DNA of 64,000 nucleotides from Cyanophyceae cyanobacterium (GTDB lineage Bacteria; Cyanobacteriota; Cyanobacteriia; Cyanobacteriales; Laspinemataceae), in the NCBI GenBank assembly GCA_038321985.1, contig JBBQFN010000023.1:21365-85364 (forward strand), in the 5' to 3' direction. Shown here in pieces: positions 31,090 through 41,259 of this stretch. The stretch's first letter is position 1. Each line of letters opens with the position of its first letter. The translations under genes were made by a program, and so were the position numbers. Below the pieces are notes generated by a model, which ran no database searches, was not told the origin of the DNA, and saw nothing but the letters and a program-made list of their open reading frames with translations.

Positions 31090-32967
31090 TTAAATCCAGA
31101 TACTATAATCTTCGCGATCGCGAGTTAAGTTGGGACTATAGCAGGGGTCGTGACTAATAATTGGTTTCCAGCGATTTCGCATATAGTCAATCTCTTTTGC
31201 AAATCGAGCAATTTTTTCGGGAGTATCCTCAAATCCCCGACTTTTTGATTCATAGTGATACAACACGACATGAGGCAAGTAGAGATTGCGATACCCTTGT
31301 TCCAGCATCTTCAAACACAAGTCCACATCATTAAAAGCTATGCTTAAATTTTCCTCATTAAACCCTCCCACGGATTCAAATACTTTTCGGCGACACATCA
31401 AACAGGCAGCGGTGACGGCGGAATAATTATTCACCGTCTTGAGTTGATAGTAATATCCCGGAACTTGAGATGGGAAATGCTTGTGACTGTGCCCTGCAAC
31501 TCCCCCTAATCCGAGGACAACCCCAGCGTGTTGGATACTATCATCGGGATACAATAGCAAGGCCCCAACTGCTCCAATACTTGGGCGTTGCACCTGTTCC
31601 ACCATTGCCGTCATCCACTCCTCATTTAGCACTTCTGTATCGTTATTTAAAAATAGCAAATACTCCCCTTGAGCTTGGGTAACCGCGTAGTTATTAATTT
31701 TAGAAAAATTAAAGGGAACATCGTACTTAATGCAGCGAAAACGGTCGGGTTCTTGGACTTGCCATTTCCGGAATAATTCTAGAGTTTCGGGCTCGTCACT
31801 GCCATTATCAATCACCAGCACTTCATAATTGGGATAAGTGGTTTTCTCAAAAATCGAAGTGAGGCAGGTGTTAAGCGTTGCACCTAAATTTCGGGTAGGA
31901 ATAATCACCGTGACTCGCTGATAATCCTGGATATGATAGCGAACAATCCAGTGACCCCCCGGAGTGGGAATGACTCTTCCTGGTTCTCCCCGTCGGACTA
32001 ATGCTTCCGTGAGAGCTTTTTCGGCAGCATCAACGGCGTAGTTTTTGTTTTCTAACTCGCTGGCGGTGGAGTCAGGATGGATGCGCCAGTGATAGAGAAT
32101 TTTAGGAATATGATAAATTTTATCGGTTTTTTCAGTAAATCTTAAGACAAAATCATAATCTTGGGACCCTTCATAACCGATTCTAAAGCCGCCAATTTCC
32201 TCAACCCGCGATCGCCGATAAAGTCCAAGATGACAGGTGTACATCCGAGACAGAAAAGAATCGGGACACCAGTCCGGTTTAAAAAACGGGTCCCGCAACA
32301 TATTACTATCATCAATTTTATCTTCATCGCTATAAATCATGTCCGCATCGGGATGTAGATTTAGCAACAAAGCCATTTCATATAAAGCATCAGCATTGAG
32401 CATATCATCATGGTCAAACAAGGCAATATATTCCCCCGTTGCCAAGGCGATCGCCGAATTAGAGGCCGCCGAAATATGCCCATTCCCTTCTCGAAATATT
32501 ACCTTAATTCGCCCATCTCGCTCTGCATATTCTTTTAAAATAGAGCGCACATGATCTAGGGTGGAGGCATCATCAGCAATACAGAGTTCCCAGTAGGGAT
32601 AAATCTGATCCATCACTGAGTCGAGGGCCATTCTCAAATAGGATTCTGGGGTATTATAAACCGGCATGATCAGGCTAATTAGCGGTTTATATCCAAACAC
32701 TTTTAGAGTTTGAGCTTTGTGCCGTAAATCCGCTGCCCTCGCTGAGTTTTGACCTAACCAAAAATGATAGTCTGCATAAGGATGGGTGACTTCGGGTGCC
32801 CCTGGGCCCGGAAGTGGATTCTCATCGAGTTTAAAATAAAGTTTACGAAACAATCGGGCGAGTGCATAGCGGACTCCTTGGGTTTTTACTTTTTCGTAAA
32901 ACCGTTTAGATAGCCGCTGGGCGCGAGAGAATTGCTCTAGGGTCTGGGACAGAGGATAGTTTAACAT
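31090..32967 (-). CDS. Two-domain glycosyltransferase family 2 (polymerase-type)
   Basis: ISLIMPVYNT, FDHDD, YSDED, GSQDYD; second domain VIIPTRN, FNFSKINN, FLNND, FNDVDLCL, HYESKSRG. Confidence 0.93.
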   Translation of the reverse strand: MLNYPLSQTLEQFSRAQRLSKRFYEKVKTQGVRYALARLFRKLYFKLDENPLPGPGAPEVTHPYADYHFWLGQNSARAADLRHKAQTLKVFGYKPLISLIMPVYNTPESYLRMALDSVMDQIYPYWELCIADDASTLDHVRSILKEYAERDGRIKVIFREGNGHISAASNSAIALATGEYIALFDHDDMLNADALYEMALLLNLHPDADMIYSDEDKIDDSNMLRDPFFKPDWCPDSFLSRMYTCHLGLYRRSRVEEIGGFRIGYEGSQDYDFVLRFTEKTDKIYHIPKILYHWRIHPDSTASELENKNYAVDAAEKALTEALVRRGEPGRVIPTPGGHWIVRYHIQDYQRVTVIIPTRNLGATLNTCLTSIFEKTTYPNYEVLVIDNGSDEPETLELFRKWQVQEPDRFRCIKYDVPFNFSKINNYAVTQAQGEYLLFLNNDTEVLNEEWMTAMVEQVQRPSIGAVGALLLYPDDSIQHAGVVLGLGGVAGHSHKHFPSQVPGYYYQLKTVNNYSAVTAACLMCRRKVFESVGGFNEENLSIAFNDVDLCLKMLEQGYRNLYLPHVVLYHYESKSRGFEDTPEKIARFAKEIDYMRNRWKPIISHDPCYSPNLTRDREDYSIWI

Positions 32968-33119
32968 TCGTTGTCGAGTTTACAAGGGAGAAGGGAATTT
33001 AAAAAGTCGGCCAGAAAGAAGGGTATCGCTGTTAGAATTTAACTCTAAAATCAAGGATTACTTTTATCGATTTATGGTCCATTTCTGCGGTTTGAACTAA
33101 TATTAATCATGCCTTCACC

Positions 33120-34490
33120 CTAATCATTCATCCGGAAAACTTGTTTTAGCTTAAACCATTGGGTCCGTAATTTCCAGAATTTACTGGTTTTCATCGCAGT
33201 ATTTTCGAGTTGGGCTTGTTCGAGGGCGGCATGAGCGTGTAAAATTTGAGTTTGGAGTTGATGATGGGTGCGATCGCTCTGATTGAGTTTGCCCTCCCAC
33301 TCCGCCTGAATTTGCGCTATCTGCTGTTGGGAACTGCGAGTCAGTTCGTCTAGTTGTGCCTGCATCTGGGTCCGGGTTTGTTCGAGTTCCTGCTGTTGGA
33401 CTTGCTGCGATCGCAATTCTTCCTCCCGTTGCACCTCAAAGTCCGCCCGAGTTTGAGCCAATTGCTGCTGTAAGTCCTGGATTTGAGCCTCTAAAGACTG
33501 CTTTTCCCCCTGCGATCGCCCCAGTTCCCCTTGCAACTCCTCAATTTCCTCCTCCAACTCTGCTATTTTTGCCCGAGGTTCCAATTCCTCAGTGGATTGA
33601 ACTCTTGCTCTAAAGACGTGCAACTGGCTTTCTAATTCCTCCAATTGCGATCGCAGGATATCTAATTTCACCTCGGTTTTGCTTAGAGTTTTTGTTATCT
33701 CCTCGCTTTTCTCCCGTTCTTCTAAAAGTTCATACTCTTTTTGAGCAAAAACATTGGCAAAGTTGGTAGCATATAAACCAATATGCTTACTACAAATATA
33801 GCGAAATAATTCCCGGCGATTCTCTGGAATATTACAAGCACTGACCATTGACTTGGACCGAAACCGATACTCATAAAGCACCGTGGAAATATGATAAAAT
33901 TGCCAGCCTTTTTCTGCAACCCCTAGCCAAAAATCCCAATCTTCATACCCTAACTTTTGGGGAATATTAGAATCGTATCCCCCAGACTCCTGCCAAACTG
34001 TTCTTCTAAAAACTGCACAAGCATCAATATAATTTCCGGCCACTAGACGATTGATATCAAATTCCGGGACTTCAACAATCCCAGTTTTTTCTCCAAATAA
34101 TTCTGCATCCCCATACACTACGCCAACTTCTGGATTTTCATCTAAAATCGTGACTGCCTCCGTGATGTAAGCCGGTTTAATTCGATTATCAGCATCTAAG
34201 GGTAAAATATAGCGACCCCGTGCCTTTTTTATGCCTGTATTTCGGGCGGCAGCGAGTCCTTGATTAGATTGCTCAATAACGTGATATCCTTTCTCTTGTA
34301 AATAAGTCAGGACCTTGTGGGTACCTGGAGAGGTCGAACCATCATTAATAATTAAAATTTCATAGACTTTTTCTTGACAGCTTTCGACACTGGCGATCGC
34401 CTCTAGAATAAACTCTCCTTGGTTGTAGCAAGGAATAACCACTGATACCGCTACATTTCCCCATAAATAGTCTGCTGCCGATTCCGACAT
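33120..34490 (-). CDS. Glycosyltransferase family 2 with long C-terminal coiled coil
   Basis: VVIPCYNQG, LDADN, YEDWDFW, then ~200 aa E/Q/L heptads ending MKTSKFWKLRTQW. Confidence 0.9.
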   Translation of the reverse strand: MSESAADYLWGNVAVSVVIPCYNQGEFILEAIASVESCQEKVYEILIINDGSTSPGTHKVLTYLQEKGYHVIEQSNQGLAAARNTGIKKARGRYILPLDADNRIKPAYITEAVTILDENPEVGVVYGDAELFGEKTGIVEVPEFDINRLVAGNYIDACAVFRRTVWQESGGYDSNIPQKLGYEDWDFWLGVAEKGWQFYHISTVLYEYRFRSKSMVSACNIPENRRELFRYICSKHIGLYATNFANVFAQKEYELLEEREKSEEITKTLSKTEVKLDILRSQLEELESQLHVFRARVQSTEELEPRAKIAELEEEIEELQGELGRSQGEKQSLEAQIQDLQQQLAQTRADFEVQREEELRSQQVQQQELEQTRTQMQAQLDELTRSSQQQIAQIQAEWEGKLNQSDRTHHQLQTQILHAHAALEQAQLENTAMKTSKFWKLRTQWFKLKQVFRMND

Positions 34491-34511
34491 ATTACCCTGA
34501 TAATCCTATAA

Positions 34512-35573
34512 TTAGCTTGGTTTAAAATTGAAGGTCCGGGCAATTGCCCCTTTGAAATTTGACCACTTTACCTTAAATTTCCAAAACTTTGAGGTTTCCA
34601 TCCCAGCAATTTGTCCTCGCAATTGGTCGCATTCTGCCTTCATATCTATGGAACTAGACACAGAATGAGCCAAGGTTTCTAGGTGCATTTTGGCTTGGAC
34701 TGCTTCATGATGTAACCAGAGGGGATAAATTTCTATAGGTAACTGCTCGGAGTTAACCTGTGGGGTAAAATGGCTGGGAAGATCCGCCGCCCCATCTAGC
34801 TCTTCTAAAATAGAAAGATAGGGCAGTTCCGGGCTTTGTAAAAAACGAACTAAGGGGCTATTTCCCTGCAATTGCTGAAACAAATTCGGGTCATAAATTG
34901 TTTGAAACGCTTGGTCATCTAATCCCGATTGCACCGGAAGATTTAACTTACTTTCTAATAACTTGACCAGTTTTGTAGGTTGTGCTAGTAGAGAGTTAAT
35001 ATTAACTAAAAGACAACGATCAGGATAGCGCCGATAAAAGTCCAAAATATGCCGATTGTAATACGCCCAACTTCTGATCGCATAATCGGGACGTTGGGAA
35101 AAAATCCCACTATTGAGACGCAGGATGGAGTCCACCACATCCCAGGGGAGACGATAGACGAATAAATAACGTGCCTGGGGCATTAACTCCTGCCAAAAAT
35201 CGAGCATCAGGGAGGTGCGCGGGTCCTTCCAACCCCAAACCCCTCCCTGTGCATTTCTTTCGTTAATTAACCCTTGTGCCGTTGCCAACCTGGTTTTAAA
35301 ATGCTCCGAGTTGAGGGATTCTTGTTCAGTCCAGCCCCAATCCGGCCAACCTGGATCCCCTGGGGGACAACTTTCTTGAAGGAGCGATCGCTGAAATTCC
35401 AGAAAATCCAGGTCCTCGAAATACCCTTTCACGTTAAAACAATCTGCTTGGTAGAGGCGATCGCCAAGTTCCACCCCGATGACTTTAATCAACGACGCAA
35501 TTAGAGAAGTTCCCGAACGGTGCATTCCGGTTACGATCAGCGGCAGCGACATGGTTCCTTGTATCCGTATCAA
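34512..35573 (-). CDS. Sulfotransferase family protein
   Basis: IVTGMHRSGTS, N-x-KGYFED, WGWKDPR; C-terminal METSKFWKFK. Confidence 0.88.
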   Translation of the reverse strand: MIRIQGTMSLPLIVTGMHRSGTSLIASLIKVIGVELGDRLYQADCFNVKGYFEDLDFLEFQRSLLQESCPPGDPGWPDWGWTEQESLNSEHFKTRLATAQGLINERNAQGGVWGWKDPRTSLMLDFWQELMPQARYLFVYRLPWDVVDSILRLNSGIFSQRPDYAIRSWAYYNRHILDFYRRYPDRCLLVNINSLLAQPTKLVKLLESKLNLPVQSGLDDQAFQTIYDPNLFQQLQGNSPLVRFLQSPELPYLSILEELDGAADLPSHFTPQVNSEQLPIEIYPLWLHHEAVQAKMHLETLAHSVSSSIDMKAECDQLRGQIAGMETSKFWKFKVKWSNFKGAIARTFNFKPS

Positions 35574-35588
35574 CTAGAGGAGGTGCAA

Positions 35589-36992
35589 TCAAATCAATTC
35601 AATTTCTTTGAGCGTTTTCGGGACCTCTGCATCAAGAGTAACACTGGGTTTAACCAATAAGTCTACAATGCCCGTTGCGGATAAACTTTGTTCCTGTTGA
35701 ACCCGAAACATTGCCACATCAATACAACGCGCTAAATAGGTAAAATCCCCATTGACAATCCCCGAAACCCCGGCATTTAAAAAATATACCCCGGGATTTA
35801 GCAAACATTTAAACCGAAATTTTACAACAACTTTAGTCCCGGGTTCAACCTTTTCCAGAGAATGTTCTGAAAAGGAATGGGATGCCCCCCCCAGATCCAA
35901 ACCGCTAATTGTTTTCACCAACATTCCACAGCGAATTTGAGAAGCAGCCTCTAAAAATTCTACTGTGTAGGTGTAAACATATTCGTGACGCCCCACCAGG
36001 TTATTAACTTTTTTACCCGTGGGTGTCATGATGTGGGGTTCGAGAATTTGCGCCCCCCGAGATTCGTAATGGAGGGTATTGCTTGGTTTCAAATCTTCAT
36101 CATAATAAGCACGGGCGGCTTGTTCTACCGGACCGGAAGAGGGGATAGCAAACTCACTGGAATGAGGGCTAAACAGCGGGAGTTTTTCCGACTCGTCTGG
36201 TTCATCTTTTTGTTGATTTAATTTACGAATCTCTTCGCATAAAGCATCTACTTTATGGGGGGGAGAATAAATTAATTTTTGGTATTTATCGACTACAAAT
36301 TTAGGCGTATGATAGAGCAGTAATTCTCCATCGTGCATAAAAATAGCCGAATCACACAATTCAATAATCATGGCGGCGGCGTGGGAGACAAATAAAATCG
36401 TCCCACCCCGTTCTTGGATAGTTTCAATCCGCGCAAAGCACTTGCGTTGAAAGGCTTCGTCCCCAACGGAAAGGGCTTCATCCACGATGAGAATATCCGG
36501 GTCAACGCTGGTGGCAACGGCAAATGCCAATCGGACAAACATCCCGCTGGAATAGGTTTTAACCGGCTGATCCAGGAAGTCTCCGATATCAGCAAAACTG
36601 ACAATTTCATCGAATCTATTCTCTATTTCCTGTTGAGATAGACCGAGTAACTGAGCATTAAAAAAGACATTTTGCCTTCCGGTAAATTCCGGATTAAACC
36701 CGCTGCCTAGTTCCAGCAGTGCAGAAATTCTGCCTTTAACTTCTACCTGCCCGCTAGTTGGAGATAAAGTACCGACAATCGTTTGCAGGAGGGTACTTTT
36801 TCCGGAACCATTGCGACCGACAACGCCTAAAGTTTTGCCTTTAGGGAGTTCTAGCGAAACATCGCGTAATGCCCAGAATTCATCAGACCTAACCTTGCCG
36901 GGGAGGAGAATTTCTTTAAGGCGATCGGCGGGATGCCGATAGCGTTTGAAGCATTTGGAAACATTCTTTAGCGAAATTGCAATTTCACCCAT
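35589..36992 (-). CDS. wzt: Polysaccharide ABC exporter ATPase with C-terminal (Wzt-C) domain
   Basis: GRNGSGKST, LELGSGFNPEFTG, YSSGMFVRLAF, DEALSVGD, VSH; extended beta-rich C-terminus (LNPGVYFL). Confidence 0.93.
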   Translation of the reverse strand: MGEIAISLKNVSKCFKRYRHPADRLKEILLPGKVRSDEFWALRDVSLELPKGKTLGVVGRNGSGKSTLLQTIVGTLSPTSGQVEVKGRISALLELGSGFNPEFTGRQNVFFNAQLLGLSQQEIENRFDEIVSFADIGDFLDQPVKTYSSGMFVRLAFAVATSVDPDILIVDEALSVGDEAFQRKCFARIETIQERGGTILFVSHAAAMIIELCDSAIFMHDGELLLYHTPKFVVDKYQKLIYSPPHKVDALCEEIRKLNQQKDEPDESEKLPLFSPHSSEFAIPSSGPVEQAARAYYDEDLKPSNTLHYESRGAQILEPHIMTPTGKKVNNLVGRHEYVYTYTVEFLEAASQIRCGMLVKTISGLDLGGASHSFSEHSLEKVEPGTKVVVKFRFKCLLNPGVYFLNAGVSGIVNGDFTYLARCIDVAMFRVQQEQSLSATGIVDLLVKPSVTLDAEVPKTLKEIELI

Positions 36993-37174
36993 GAGTTTTC
37001 TGCTGTATGAAACGGCGAATCAACTTTTGGAGGAGGGCGGAGGATGAAGGATGAAGGAGTGGAAATTGACTAGAGATTCAAGAATTCAAGAAGGAGGCAG
37101 AACCTTTAATTGGAAGATTCCCAGGCCGAGGCTGGAAACAAGGTAGAATTGCATTTTCCTCCTTCATCCTTAAC

Positions 37175-38032
37175 TTAGATGACATCGGCAAAAGCGGGAC
37201 GTAAGCGCCGGTAAGACCATAAACCTAGTCCAAAAATGACTAAGGAAATCAAGGAGGCAACGGCCCATTCTCCGGGGTGGTTAATTTCTCCAACGAGGAT
37301 AATATCTCGATAGGTTTCAGCGATCGCCGCCATTGGATTTAACCAAAATATTAACTCTCGCCACTCCGCAGGAATGACGGTAGCTGGATAGCAAATTGGG
37401 GTTAAATAAAACCACAAATTCACCAAAACGATCAGAGTTTGGGGAATGTCTCGCAGGAATACCGTGAATCCAGAGGCTAAATATCCCAGTCCAGCCGTGA
37501 AAAGCAGTTGCGTCAACCACACTAACGGGAGTAGAAAAAGTGTCGGATGCAGGGTATCGGAGGAAATTGCCAACATGACAATTAATGCCATGAGTCCAAA
37601 GGTACTTTCGATAAAGGCTGAGAGTACCGGGACCAAGGGGAGTAAACTCAGAGGGAAAACCACTTTTTTGACTAAATTGGGCTGTCCTACCACCACATTA
37701 GCCGCTTGCATAAAACCACTGGTAAAGGCAATCCAGGGGACTAATCCCGCAAACAACCATAGACCAAAGGTAAAGCTATTTTCCGGTAAGTTAGTAGCCG
37801 GAAGTTTAACTTTTAAAATAATCGAAAAGACGTAAGTGTAAATCAACAATTGCGAAAGTTGATTGAGCAAAGGCCACAAATTGCCCAAAACTGACCCTTT
37901 ATAACGGGCGGCTAAGTCTCGTTGGACTAAGGTTTTGAGTAGGTTGAGCTTGACTAACAGTTGTTCATCAAACAGTGACCCTTGGGAAATGGAGTTTGCC
38001 TTGCGAAAGGCTCCTTTGATTGTTCTGACCAA
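37175..38032 (-). CDS. wzm: Polysaccharide ABC exporter permease
   Basis: RYKGSVLGNLW, NLVKKVVFP, FLRD, FYLTPICYP, LNP, FADVI. Confidence 0.93.
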   Translation of the reverse strand: MVRTIKGAFRKANSISQGSLFDEQLLVKLNLLKTLVQRDLAARYKGSVLGNLWPLLNQLSQLLIYTYVFSIILKVKLPATNLPENSFTFGLWLFAGLVPWIAFTSGFMQAANVVVGQPNLVKKVVFPLSLLPLVPVLSAFIESTFGLMALIVMLAISSDTLHPTLFLLPLVWLTQLLFTAGLGYLASGFTVFLRDIPQTLIVLVNLWFYLTPICYPATVIPAEWRELIFWLNPMAAIAETYRDIILVGEINHPGEWAVASLISLVIFGLGLWSYRRLRPAFADVI

Positions 38033-38260
38033 TTTTCACATCCTCACCCACAACGACAGAAGATAGGGGGCTTCATGGGTGCGATTGCTGTTGCAATCCT
38101 AAGGCGATCGCTGTTTGAATAGCGTCCGACACCATGAGCCTTGCCTGAAAAGCGATCGCCCCCAGAGGGTTCCTGACTAAACAGGCGATCGTGCTTAGAG
38201 CTTAGGATAACGAATCCTAGGTCAGGATCAACCCCCTTAAAAACTCTTAAGCATATTTTC

Positions 38261-39343
38261 TTAGTCTTTTTGCAAAACCAGTATATCCTGATAGCTCGTC
38301 AGATAAGGGCGTCCACACCATCCGCCATAATATTTCCCGACTACACTAAATCCGCGTTTGGAGATCCACTCTAACAGCAGGGGTTCTTTAAACCCGATCG
38401 CCTCTTCCGGGACCTCTAGGGTACTGGTAAAACACTCTTCCAATTTATGAATGATATTCTGGGAGCTTTTCCCCTTGCGAATATAAGATTCTGACTCGGA
38501 ATTGAGCAAAAAGCAGGTAATCATGCACCGACTCCCCGATTTCATCACCCGGCCAATTTCATCCAGGTACTGACGCACCTCTTTCGCTCTCATGTGGGTG
38601 AAAACCGAAGTCAGAAAGACAAAATCAAACCGTTCATCGGGATAGGGAAAGTGATACTCTGCCGCTTGTACGGGACCTTCTGGGTTGTACATCGGGTTAA
38701 AGATGTCCGCGTGTTCAAACCGAAAGTTCCGACAGCGATCGCCAAAGGTTTGAGCCGCCACCTCAATCAGGGGTTTGTGAATATCAAACCCTTCATAACT
38801 GCCTTGCTCATTGAGATAATAGGCCAGAGTATAGGCCATACGACCAATTCCACAACCCACATCCAGGACGCGACTGTTCGGTTCGATTCCGCCGCGTTGG
38901 ATGAAATAGCCCAAAAATTCCAGCCCAATATTCGTAAAACCCCCCCCAATATATTCGATGTACTCTTCGGGAGGAAGAGGCAAAGTCGGTTCTAGGAGGG
39001 TGAGCAGCATCGTCCCCGCTTCCCCATTCACGAACGGAGTGGCTGTAATCAGAACATCCTGGTGCTGCTGTTGCTGTTCAAGGGTGAGGGAGACACGAAT
39101 CTCAAATCGGGCCTGGTTTGCCCCCTTTAACTCGGGGTAAACCTTCATCACATCCGCTGAAGGAATCCCTAGAGTGCAGTTTAAATCAGTTAACTGCCAA
39201 TGGGCAAAGGTGACTTGAAACTGGTCCACCGGGCGATCGCCTTGGGTAGGTGCAACCCATCCTTGCAGGACCAACTCATTCTCCACAATAGCCGCGCGGT
39301 CAAGATAGCCCCGAGTGGGGTAAATTTCAGTTAATTTCATCAA
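38261..39343 (-). CDS. Class I SAM-dependent methyltransferase with N-terminal beta domain
   Basis: VLDVGCGIGR, YEGFDI, FDFVFLTSVFTHM, QDILV. Confidence 0.9.
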   Translation of the reverse strand: MMKLTEIYPTRGYLDRAAIVENELVLQGWVAPTQGDRPVDQFQVTFAHWQLTDLNCTLGIPSADVMKVYPELKGANQARFEIRVSLTLEQQQQHQDVLITATPFVNGEAGTMLLTLLEPTLPLPPEEYIEYIGGGFTNIGLEFLGYFIQRGGIEPNSRVLDVGCGIGRMAYTLAYYLNEQGSYEGFDIHKPLIEVAAQTFGDRCRNFRFEHADIFNPMYNPEGPVQAAEYHFPYPDERFDFVFLTSVFTHMRAKEVRQYLDEIGRVMKSGSRCMITCFLLNSESESYIRKGKSSQNIIHKLEECFTSTLEVPEEAIGFKEPLLLEWISKRGFSVVGKYYGGWCGRPYLTSYQDILVLQKD

Positions 39344-39349
39344 AAGTGG

Positions 39350-39895
39350 TTATTCTTCCTCTAAAACAGCTTGTAACGCAGTGGCGATCGCCGCTTTTTG
39401 TTCGGCATCGTACTTCCATCGCTCTAAAAATGGCTGATAACTTCCGCTTCCGCTATGAATAGTTGCTAACAAAGATTCAACCCCCTGTTTCATCATCGGG
39501 AGAGCTAGAGTTCTAATCAGATGGGCGCTGCGATCGCGCACTCGCTCGGATCCTTGTGCCATCGCCTCATCCCCGGAACGTCGATGAGCAATTACCATTG
39601 CGGAGGACATGGCAATATTTTTAACCAGCAGTTCCGAGACAATTTCCTCAGAGGACTTTAACCCCTGGAAAATTCCCGGTGAAGGTTGATCGGCCAAAGG
39701 GCCCTCATCGGTCAAATAGGTGACAAAAAACCCGCGCGCCCCATTTTCAGTGCGGACAAGATTTTCGGTTACTGTGGCGATGTCTGCTTCCGAAAGTGTT
39801 CCCTCACTCATTTGAGCCAAGAATGATTGAGTCAGAGCGATCGCCTCCGGGAAGCTCACCGCATCCGGTACGGTTAAAGAAGATACATTAGTCAT
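39350..39895 (-). CDS. Conserved cyanobacterial hypothetical protein
   Basis: GARGFFVTYLT, LVKNIAMSSAM, FLERWKYDAEQ. Confidence 0.8.
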   Translation of the reverse strand: MTNVSSLTVPDAVSFPEAIALTQSFLAQMSEGTLSEADIATVTENLVRTENGARGFFVTYLTDEGPLADQPSPGIFQGLKSSEEIVSELLVKNIAMSSAMVIAHRRSGDEAMAQGSERVRDRSAHLIRTLALPMMKQGVESLLATIHSGSGSYQPFLERWKYDAEQKAAIATALQAVLEEE

Positions 39896-39988
39896 AAGTC
39901 ATAAAATAGTCCCTTTAAATTAGTTAGAACCCCCTCTGAAGAGGGCGCTTCGCGCCATTCGCACTATTGTCTACGAACAAAGGCACTC

Positions 39989-41101
39989 ATGGCAATCATC
40001 TCTTCCCATAACCCGTCCGATCCACCGAAGAAAGAGCGCAAAACTGCTGAAAAAGGTGCAACCTATAACAACTTGACCTCCGGACTACTTGAACCTCAAG
40101 CCACCCCGGAGGAACAAACCAATATCCAGCAGGAAGAAAACATTCGCCCCAACCGATTGGCAGATTATATCGGACAAAAAGACCTAAAAGAAGTTCTAGA
40201 TATTGCCATCAAAGCAGCCCAGTCGCGATCGGAAGCCCTGGATCATTTATTACTGTACGGTCCCCCCGGTTTAGGCAAAACCACAATGGCGCTGATTTTA
40301 TCCAGCGAAATGCAAGTGGGGTGTAAAATCACCTCAGCCCCTGCCCTAGAACGACCCCGCGATATTGTCGGATTGCTGGTGAATCTTCAACCGGGGGATG
40401 TTCTCTTCATCGATGAAATCCACCGCCTCAGTCGGATGAGTGAAGAAATTCTCTATCCAGCCTTGGAAGATTTTCGTGTGGATATTACCATCGGCAAAGG
40501 TCAAAGTGCGCGGACTCGGAGCATTCCCCTGCAACGATTTACCCTAGTTGGAGCAACCACCCGCATTGGCAATCTCTCCTCCCCCTTGCGCGATCGCTTT
40601 GGGTTAATTCAACGGTTGCGCTTCTATGAGGTGGATGAACTCAAGGCGATCGTCCAACGCACTGCCGAACTCCTGCAAACTCCCGTCACCCCCGATGGGG
40701 CCGAGGAAATTGCCCGTCGCTCTAGGGGGACCCCCCGCATTGCCAACCGCCTGCTTAAACGGGTGCGCGATTACGCCCAAGTCAAGGAATGCGGAGATAT
40801 TAACGCCGGGGTCGCCAATCAAGCCTTAGAATTATTTAACGTAGACCCGATCGGTCTGGATTGGACCGACCAACGCTTACTGAAAATGTTGATTGAAAAC
40901 TTCAACGGCGGCCCAGTGGGATTGGAAACCCTCGCCGCCGCAACAGGAGAGGATTCTCAAACCATTGAAGAGGTTTATGAACCTTATTTATTACAAATCG
41001 GCTATTTGAATCGCACCCATCGGGGCCGAACCGCCACCGCAGCCGCTTGGCGGCACTTCGGGTACTCGGCACCCCCGGAGCAATTGTCTTTGAAGATTTA
41101 G
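39989..41101 (+). CDS. ruvB: Holliday junction branch migration helicase RuvB
   Basis: [43 protein letters not shown]. Confidence 0.99.
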   Translation: MAIISSHNPSDPPKKERKTAEKGATYNNLTSGLLEPQATPEEQTNIQQEENIRPNRLADYIGQKDLKEVLDIAIKAAQSRSEALDHLLLYGPPGLGKTTMALILSSEMQVGCKITSAPALERPRDIVGLLVNLQPGDVLFIDEIHRLSRMSEEILYPALEDFRVDITIGKGQSARTRSIPLQRFTLVGATTRIGNLSSPLRDRFGLIQRLRFYEVDELKAIVQRTAELLQTPVTPDGAEEIARRSRGTPRIANRLLKRVRDYAQVKECGDINAGVANQALELFNVDPIGLDWTDQRLLKMLIENFNGGPVGLETLAAATGEDSQTIEEVYEPYLLQIGYLNRTHRGRTATAAAWRHFGYSAPPEQLSLKI

Positions 41102-41259
41102 AGTTTTATCAGTCCCCTTCCCTGGTTAGGGTGGGATTGCGACCCCCAAAACCGATCAAGTTAAAGGCTTTTGAAGCTCCTCCCTCCCCAAGATACAGGG
41201 AGGGAACAGGAGAATGATTTAACCGCAGGATATCAATTAATTTTTATAAAAATTACCCA

